From contig NZ_OW441264.1 in the NCBI RefSeq assembly GCF_936981045.1, positions 510,001-542,000 on the forward strand: DNA of 32,000 bases. The letters run 5' to 3'. Position numbers and translations under genes: made by a program. Under the pieces are notes generated by a model. The model ran no database searches and was not told where the DNA came from. It was given only the letters and a program-made list of their open reading frames with translations. The DNA is from Candidatus Saccharimonadota bacterium (GTDB lineage: Bacteria; Bacteroidota; Bacteroidia; Cytophagales; Amoebophilaceae). Each line of letters begins with the position of its first letter. Within the stretch, counting starts at the first letter, position 1. Shown here in pieces: positions 27,108-32,000 of the stretch.

Positions 27108-29594
27108 ATGAAAAACACCCTACTAGAACTGGATTATCCTTTTTTAAAGGAGCAAGGGATAGCCTACATTCAACAATTAGCAGGAAAGAAATGGACGGAC
27201 TATGGAGATCACGACCCTGGAATTACCATTTTAGAGGTACTTTCTTTTGTGATCATGGACCTAGAATATAGAACCAATTTCTATATAGAAGATATATGGA
27301 CTAAGGATCCTGATGCAGTAGCCAATCCCAATGAACAACCATTCTACAAAGCTGAAGAGATCCTTCCTTGTAATCCGCTAACCCAGTGGGACTTTTTAAA
27401 GATTGTCTTGGATGTTCCAGGGGTGAAAAATGCGAATATCTTTTTAAGTGATGGACCAAAAGAAATCAAAGGTGGTTACAAGATTTTTGTGGATGTAGAA
27501 GAACGTATCAGCCATACACTGCAAGAAAAAGAGGTATTAGATTTAATCAAGCAAAGATTATATGCACAAAGGAATCTATGTGAAGATTTCTTTCTGATTC
27601 AAACGATGGAAACCCTGCCCATTAGTATTAAAGCAACCTTTGAGGTAGCTAATTGTTTGGCTTATGAAGAAGGAGAAACCATTATTGCTCAGATATTATT
27701 TGCTTTTCAAGAGTTTTTCTCACCACGTATTACTTTTTACAGCATTAGTCAATTACTAGAAAAAGGTAGAATTATAGACCAGATCTTTACGGGACCACTT
27801 TTAACCCAAGGTTTTATAGATGAAGAGGAGCTCATTTGCCTAAAAAACAAATCTAGAATTTACGTAGTTGAACTCTTAGAACAGGCCACTAAAATGGCTA
27901 GTATTAAAAGTGTATTAAACTTTGAACTCTTTATTCATGAAGAAAATACAAGGACCAGTAGCGTCACGATACCTGTCTTACCAGATCGATCTTTAGTGCT
28001 GGATATTCCACAAAGTGAAATTATCCTCCATTATAATGGCCTACCCATTAGTACAGATTGGGGAAAAGTTATAGACCTACTTGAAGATATGAAAGGAAGG
28101 GGCACTTTAACAAAAGCCTATCTACAAGAGGAAAATGTCTTTGTTTTAGAAGGAAACTATAGATATTTAGAAGACCATGTTTCCATACAACAAGACTTTC
28201 CCTTACTCTATAATGTAGGTCATGAAGGGTGTTCTCCATCTGAAACTCTTGAAAACCAATCGAAAGCAAAACAATTAAAAAGCTACTTAATGTTTTTTGA
28301 CCAGCTTTTTGCCAATTATCTGGGTCAATTGTCCAATATCAAACACACTATGGCCATCTACAGTGAGCGTTATAATCAGCCTAATGGCCGTTTGCCCTTG
28401 GACGTATCTAGAATGCATAGCATTATTAAACAACCTACTAAAGAGTCTGATTCAGGTAATGATCTTGACTTTGTGGTACAAAGAAAGTACTTAGATTTAA
28501 AAAAAGAAATAGTAGATAGATCTTCTGAAGATAAAGACCAAGGTGATGCAACGACTAAAGCTTACTATTCTTATATCAATAGAGCATTAGAAAGTGATAT
28601 TCGAAGCTTAGACAAACGATCAAGGGTATTAGACCATTTATTAGCTTATTTTGCAGAACGATTTACCATCTACTCGTTGCACCTCTATCCTAAAAATGAG
28701 GAAATGCAATGGGATGAATTTAATACAAATAAAGCTCTTTTTCTAAAGGATTATACTGATATCAGTAAAAATAGAAACCGAGCGGCCCATATAGCGGCCA
28801 ATGAAGTGAATAACTGGATCCATTATACGCCATCTGGTTTTAAGCGTCGTATTTACCGCAATTTAGGTATTAAAAGTTTAGAAAAAAAGCTTTTACATCA
28901 AGTAGTCAAGAATAGTATGTACTTAGACAAAAAGTCCGTACAATATAATTTGGATATTTTTCTAGGCAAAAATTGCCAAACAGCATATGATGATATTTTC
29001 ATGTTTAGAGGGAAATATGAAAATCTGCAATCCTTAGTTATATCCTATGGTATCAATGAACAGTATTACAATATTGTAAAAAAAGCCAATGATACCTATA
29101 GCATTCTACTTTATGTGGATAAAGTAAAAAAGCACACTATTGAGCTAGTTACTGAACCTGTTATGCATATCGAAGAAGCAGAGGCTATTGTACAACAAAG
29201 TGTGGAGTTGCTTAGAGCATTGAACCAAGCATGTGAAGGATTTCACTTAATAGAACATATTCTGCTTAGAAGTGACGATACATTAACAACAGAACAGGAT
29301 CCCTATTCATTTATCATGACAATGGTTTTTCCTGCATGGCCAGCCAGGTTTCAACAATCTTCATTTAGGCATGCTGTAGAAGAAATGGTTCTAATGGAAG
29401 GCCCAGCCCATATACTTACTAATACTTTTTGGTTAGATTTTGAAGATATGGAAACCTTCGAGAAGGCCTATAAATCATGGATACTGTTAAAAACTGATGG
29501 TAAATCTAGCAAAGTAGAAATAGATGCAGCAGCCAAAGTATTAATGGATCTTATAGCTTCTTATAATAATAAAGAAGCAAATCTATGTGGATAA
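27108..29594 (+). CDS. Baseplate wedge protein, gp6/gpJ-like (Afp11/Afp12 class)
   Basis: 828 aa from the ATG at 27108. The ORF-track start at 27021 lies inside the repeat element. The N-terminal motif WTDYGDHDPGITILEVLSFVIMDLEYR is the hallmark of the putative baseplate assembly proteins encoded next to gp25 in Afp/PVC-type clusters. Its position directly after VgrG-PAAR-gp25 supports the call. Confidence 0.6.
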   Translation: MKNTLLELDYPFLKEQGIAYIQQLAGKKWTDYGDHDPGITILEVLSFVIMDLEYRTNFYIEDIWTKDPDAVANPNEQPFYKAEEILPCNPLTQWDFLKIVLDVPGVKNANIFLSDGPKEIKGGYKIFVDVEERISHTLQEKEVLDLIKQRLYAQRNLCEDFFLIQTMETLPISIKATFEVANCLAYEEGETIIAQILFAFQEFFSPRITFYSISQLLEKGRIIDQIFTGPLLTQGFIDEEELICLKNKSRIYVVELLEQATKMASIKSVLNFELFIHEENTRTSSVTIPVLPDRSLVLDIPQSEIILHYNGLPISTDWGKVIDLLEDMKGRGTLTKAYLQEENVFVLEGNYRYLEDHVSIQQDFPLLYNVGHEGCSPSETLENQSKAKQLKSYLMFFDQLFANYLGQLSNIKHTMAIYSERYNQPNGRLPLDVSRMHSIIKQPTKESDSGNDLDFVVQRKYLDLKKEIVDRSSEDKDQGDATTKAYYSYINRALESDIRSLDKRSRVLDHLLAYFAERFTIYSLHLYPKNEEMQWDEFNTNKALFLKDYTDISKNRNRAAHIAANEVNNWIHYTPSGFKRRIYRNLGIKSLEKKLLHQVVKNSMYLDKKSVQYNLDIFLGKNCQTAYDDIFMFRGKYENLQSLVISYGINEQYYNIVKKANDTYSILLYVDKVKKHTIELVTEPVMHIEEAEAIVQQSVELLRALNQACEGFHLIEHILLRSDDTLTTEQDPYSFIMTMVFPAWPARFQQSSFRHAVEEMVLMEGPAHILTNTFWLDFEDMETFEKAYKSWILLKTDGKSSKVEIDAAAKVLMDLIASYNNKEANLCG

Positions 29595-29599
29595 GGTTC

Positions 29600-29900
29600 G
29601 GTTCTGTCTCGTCTATAATTTCTTTTTGTATAGTTCTTCTCTTTACCTGAAACTTTGGTTATTATTCGGCCACTAGCATAACAAAATTCTCAAAAGTAGA
29701 AAGATGATTTTTAGTTCCGATTACTTGTCCTTTTTGAATCATAGGAATGTTTTCTATCCCTGCAATGGTCTAGAGTAAAGAAATGGTTGGACCACTTAAA
29801 ATTAAGCATATCTATTGCTTCTGATTGCTCGCAATACAGTAGCTGACTAACTTGATTCTTCATTGTTTACCCATTCCCTTCTCATCCCAAGGTACGTTCA
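29600..29900 (-). mobile_element. IS6 3' end (IR plus transposase C-terminus) joined to the 3' end of group II intron 2, inverted copy
   Basis: GGTTCTGTCTCGTCTAT at 29600..29616. The rest is the reverse complement of 14216..14527, including half of domain V. Confidence 0.75.
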
Positions 29901-30266
29901 GGGGATGTTGTAATTGGTAGTGGAATGATTAAGTATCCTGAGAAAGTTGTGCAAGGTTTATGAAGAAGACTGTCGGACCGCCGTATTCGGGAAAACTGAA
30001 CGTACGGTGGGATGAGAAGGGAATGGGTAAACAATGAAGAATCAAGTTAGTCAGCTACTGTATTGCGAGCAATCAGAAGCAATAGATATGCTTAATTTTA
30101 AGTGGTCCAACCATTTCTTTACTCTAGACCATTGCAGGGATAGAAAACATTCCTATGATTCAAAAAGGACAAGTAATCGGAACTAAAAATCATCTTTCTA
30201 CTTTTGAGAATTTTGTTATGCTAGTGGCCGAATAATAACCAATATATATCCAAAACTTCACTTAAA
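29901..30266 (+). mobile_element. RT2 tail, domain V, intron 3' end and IS6 transposase C-terminus (direct copy), cut by a MITE
   Basis: Near-identical to 14121..14487. Confidence 0.8.
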
Positions 30267-30506
30267 ACGTGAGTTCGGGATTAGATTATTTTTTCATTTG
30301 ATAATCAATATTAATAAAAATTTATAATATTTGTTTTATAGACAGTTAAATAGGTAGTTGAATAAAAAATAATTCTGATAATCAGTTTATTATATATATT
30401 ATATTTATAAAATTAGATATAAAAACTTATTAAATAGGTGCAAATATTAACTAAATAATTGATATTAAATTGTTGTAAATCAGTCAAATAAATCCAGAAC
30501 TCACGT
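30267..30506 (+). mobile_element. 240-bp MITE
   Basis: Complete copy (right TIR AATCCAGAACTCACGT). Its two flanks come from different parts of the IS6::intron unit, so no target duplication is visible. Confidence 0.9.
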
Positions 30507-30698
30507 TAATAACCGATTTCGCAGATACTTAACCCATAGAAGAAAAGGCCGTGGGTGTGGGTGGCAAAGCTATCCCAATAGCAAACTCTATACAATGGGG
30601 ATGTTGTACATTGGTAGTGGAATGATTAAGTATACTGGGAGAGTTGTGCAAGGTTTATGAAGAAGACTGTCGGACCGCCGTATTCGGGAAAACAGAAC
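30507..30698 (+). pseudogene. RT2 C-terminal fragment plus partial domain V (third copy), cut by IS5
   Basis: Matches 14025..14222. Homology ends inside domain V, where the IS5 terminus GAGGCCGTTGTG starts. Confidence 0.8.
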
Positions 30699-31975
30699 GA
30701 GGCCGTTGTGATAGATTTCTATTATAATATTTTTAGGGTTGTTTAGACTGATTTTTGGTATTAAAGTGGTATTAATTTTATTATTTATTGATTTTCACGT
30801 ACTTTTATTGCATTTTAGACAGACCATTCCCCTAAAGACCTCTTAATATGATATTTGGCGACCTGTATAAGTTATAGGCTATTGCTTCGATAACGTGTTG
30901 CGTATGAGTTTTAGCAAGTCCTATGTAGTGAGCTCCTGAGCTTCGGAACCAACTTTTAATACTTCCAAATACACGTTCTACTTTATACCTGGTTTTAGCT
31001 ACCAATGTATTAAACCGTTTAGCAGTAGGTGATAAAGGATTATTTCTAGTAGCTTTCTTCTGAATAGCTGATTTTAAGGCTTTATTCTTTAATAAGGTTT
31101 CATTAGGTGATCCGCTATAGCCCTTATCTGCATATAGCCTACTACCTACTTTTAGCTCTACTTTATCCAATAAGACTTGTAAATGAGCATTATCATGACT
31201 AGATGCTTTTGTGGTACTGACTGCTAGGACTAAGCCTTCTTTACTTTCCACAAGGATGTGACGCTTATACCCATAGTAGAGATTATCTCCTTTTTTTGTC
31301 CAACTCGCTTCTGGATCTACACCTTTTTGATAACTTTCGGCTACAGTTATAGTGCCATCTTCATGGAGATCATAGCTTTTTTTACCTTTAGGGCGCCTAG
31401 CGGTAGGCGTAATAGAGGCATCAACAACTGCACCATGTTGAACTAATACACCATGACTAGATAGTTGATCGTTAATTATTTTCAATAACCTTTCTAGGAC
31501 CTGCTTCTCCGTAAGCGCAGTCCTAAACCTGCTTAATACGCTATGATCTGGAACAGAACTATCCATGGAAATACGACAAAATCTGCTGAAAGTGATACGA
31601 TCATTTACTTCTTCTTCTACTTGATAGTCACTCAGAGCATACCATGTTTGAAGCAACAGCATTTTAAATAAAAGAAGCGGGCTATAAGCTGCCTTTCCTG
31701 ATAAACACAAACCTTTAGGATAATACAAGAAAAGTTCTTTTTCTATTACTTTCCAAGTAATCAGCTTATTAAGCTGATCGAAAAAAGTATGCTTACACTT
31801 ACGTCGACTGGCTGAAATATCTGCAAAACTTAATTGATTATTTGTTTTGACGGCCATAACAATATTATTAAAAAGCTTAAGTTTAAACGATTAAAGAATC
31901 AACCTAATTTAACCATTGTATAACACTAAAAGTCACTTTTTATAACAAAGCTTAAAACTCTATTGCAACAACCTC
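30699..31975 (-). mobile_element. IS5-family insertion sequence, complete
   Basis: Imperfect terminal inverted repeats GAGGCCGTTGTGATAGA (30699) and the complement of GAGGTTGTTGCAATAGAG (ends 31975). Carries an intact transposase. Confidence 0.85.
30832..31857 (-). CDS. IS5-family DDE transposase (intact, 341 aa)
   Basis: The N-terminal InsH-like domain (YSPLLLFKMLLLQTWY.LSDYQVEEEVNDRITFSRF), VVDASI, LYADKGYSG and RYKVERVFGSIK form the DDE triad context. Confidence 0.9.
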   Translation of the reverse strand: MAVKTNNQLSFADISASRRKCKHTFFDQLNKLITWKVIEKELFLYYPKGLCLSGKAAYSPLLLFKMLLLQTWYALSDYQVEEEVNDRITFSRFCRISMDSSVPDHSVLSRFRTALTEKQVLERLLKIINDQLSSHGVLVQHGAVVDASITPTARRPKGKKSYDLHEDGTITVAESYQKGVDPEASWTKKGDNLYYGYKRHILVESKEGLVLAVSTTKASSHDNAHLQVLLDKVELKVGSRLYADKGYSGSPNETLLKNKALKSAIQKKATRNNPLSPTAKRFNTLVAKTRYKVERVFGSIKSWFRSSGAHYIGLAKTHTQHVIEAIAYNLYRSPNIILRGL

Positions 31976-32000
31976 AAAGCATTTATACTGGTAAACGCTC
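31976..32000 (-). mobile_element. IS256 internal fragment running off the window
   Basis: AAAGCATTTATACTGGTAAACGCTC equals 19343..19367 of the IS256 copy. Confidence 0.7.

Noticed and set aside
28069-28494. ORFs 28069-28269 (-) and 28297-28494 (+) inside the gp6/J-like gene
   Set aside because: They are short alternative-frame or antisense ORFs within a long supported CDS.
24192-29594. Prophage tail region
   Set aside because: The window has no capsid, portal, terminase, tail-fibre, lysis or integrase genes. The VgrG plus PAAR plus gp25 combination with a large gp6-like protein fits a phage-tail-like injection system better than a prophage remnant. A degraded prophage cannot be excluded from 32 kb alone.

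Overview
AT-rich bacterial window (about one-third G+C by eye). The gene content and extreme load of mobile DNA resemble IS-saturated intracellular Bacteroidota such as Candidatus Amoebophilus or Cardinium; this attribution is inference only. Apparently intact host genes: dnaE, a ProP-like MFS transporter, tRNA-His(GTG), a glutathione-peroxidase-family protein and two hypothetical proteins. There is also an intact four-gene spike/baseplate module of a contractile injection system (VgrG-like, PAAR, gp25-like, gp6/J-like; 24192-29594). No sheath, tube, ATPase or phage head genes occur anywhere in the window. Most of the rest is nested mobile DNA: IS982 (1 intact copy, 5 partial or degenerate), IS4, IS5 (1 intact, 1 truncated), IS256 and IS6 fragments. 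Two different group II introns are present, both disrupted. About ten copies of a 240-bp MITE carry termini nearly identical to those of IS982. A 241-bp MITE derives from the IS4 ends, and a terminator-like palindromic intergenic element also recurs. A decayed NRPS-accessory locus (intact MbtH-like gene, truncated PPTase, acyl-CoA dehydrogenase pseudogene, carrier-protein stub split by a group II intron) lies on the same 15-kb segment as the injection-system module. That segment is bracketed by outward-facing IS6 ends. No rRNA genes or CRISPR arrays were seen.
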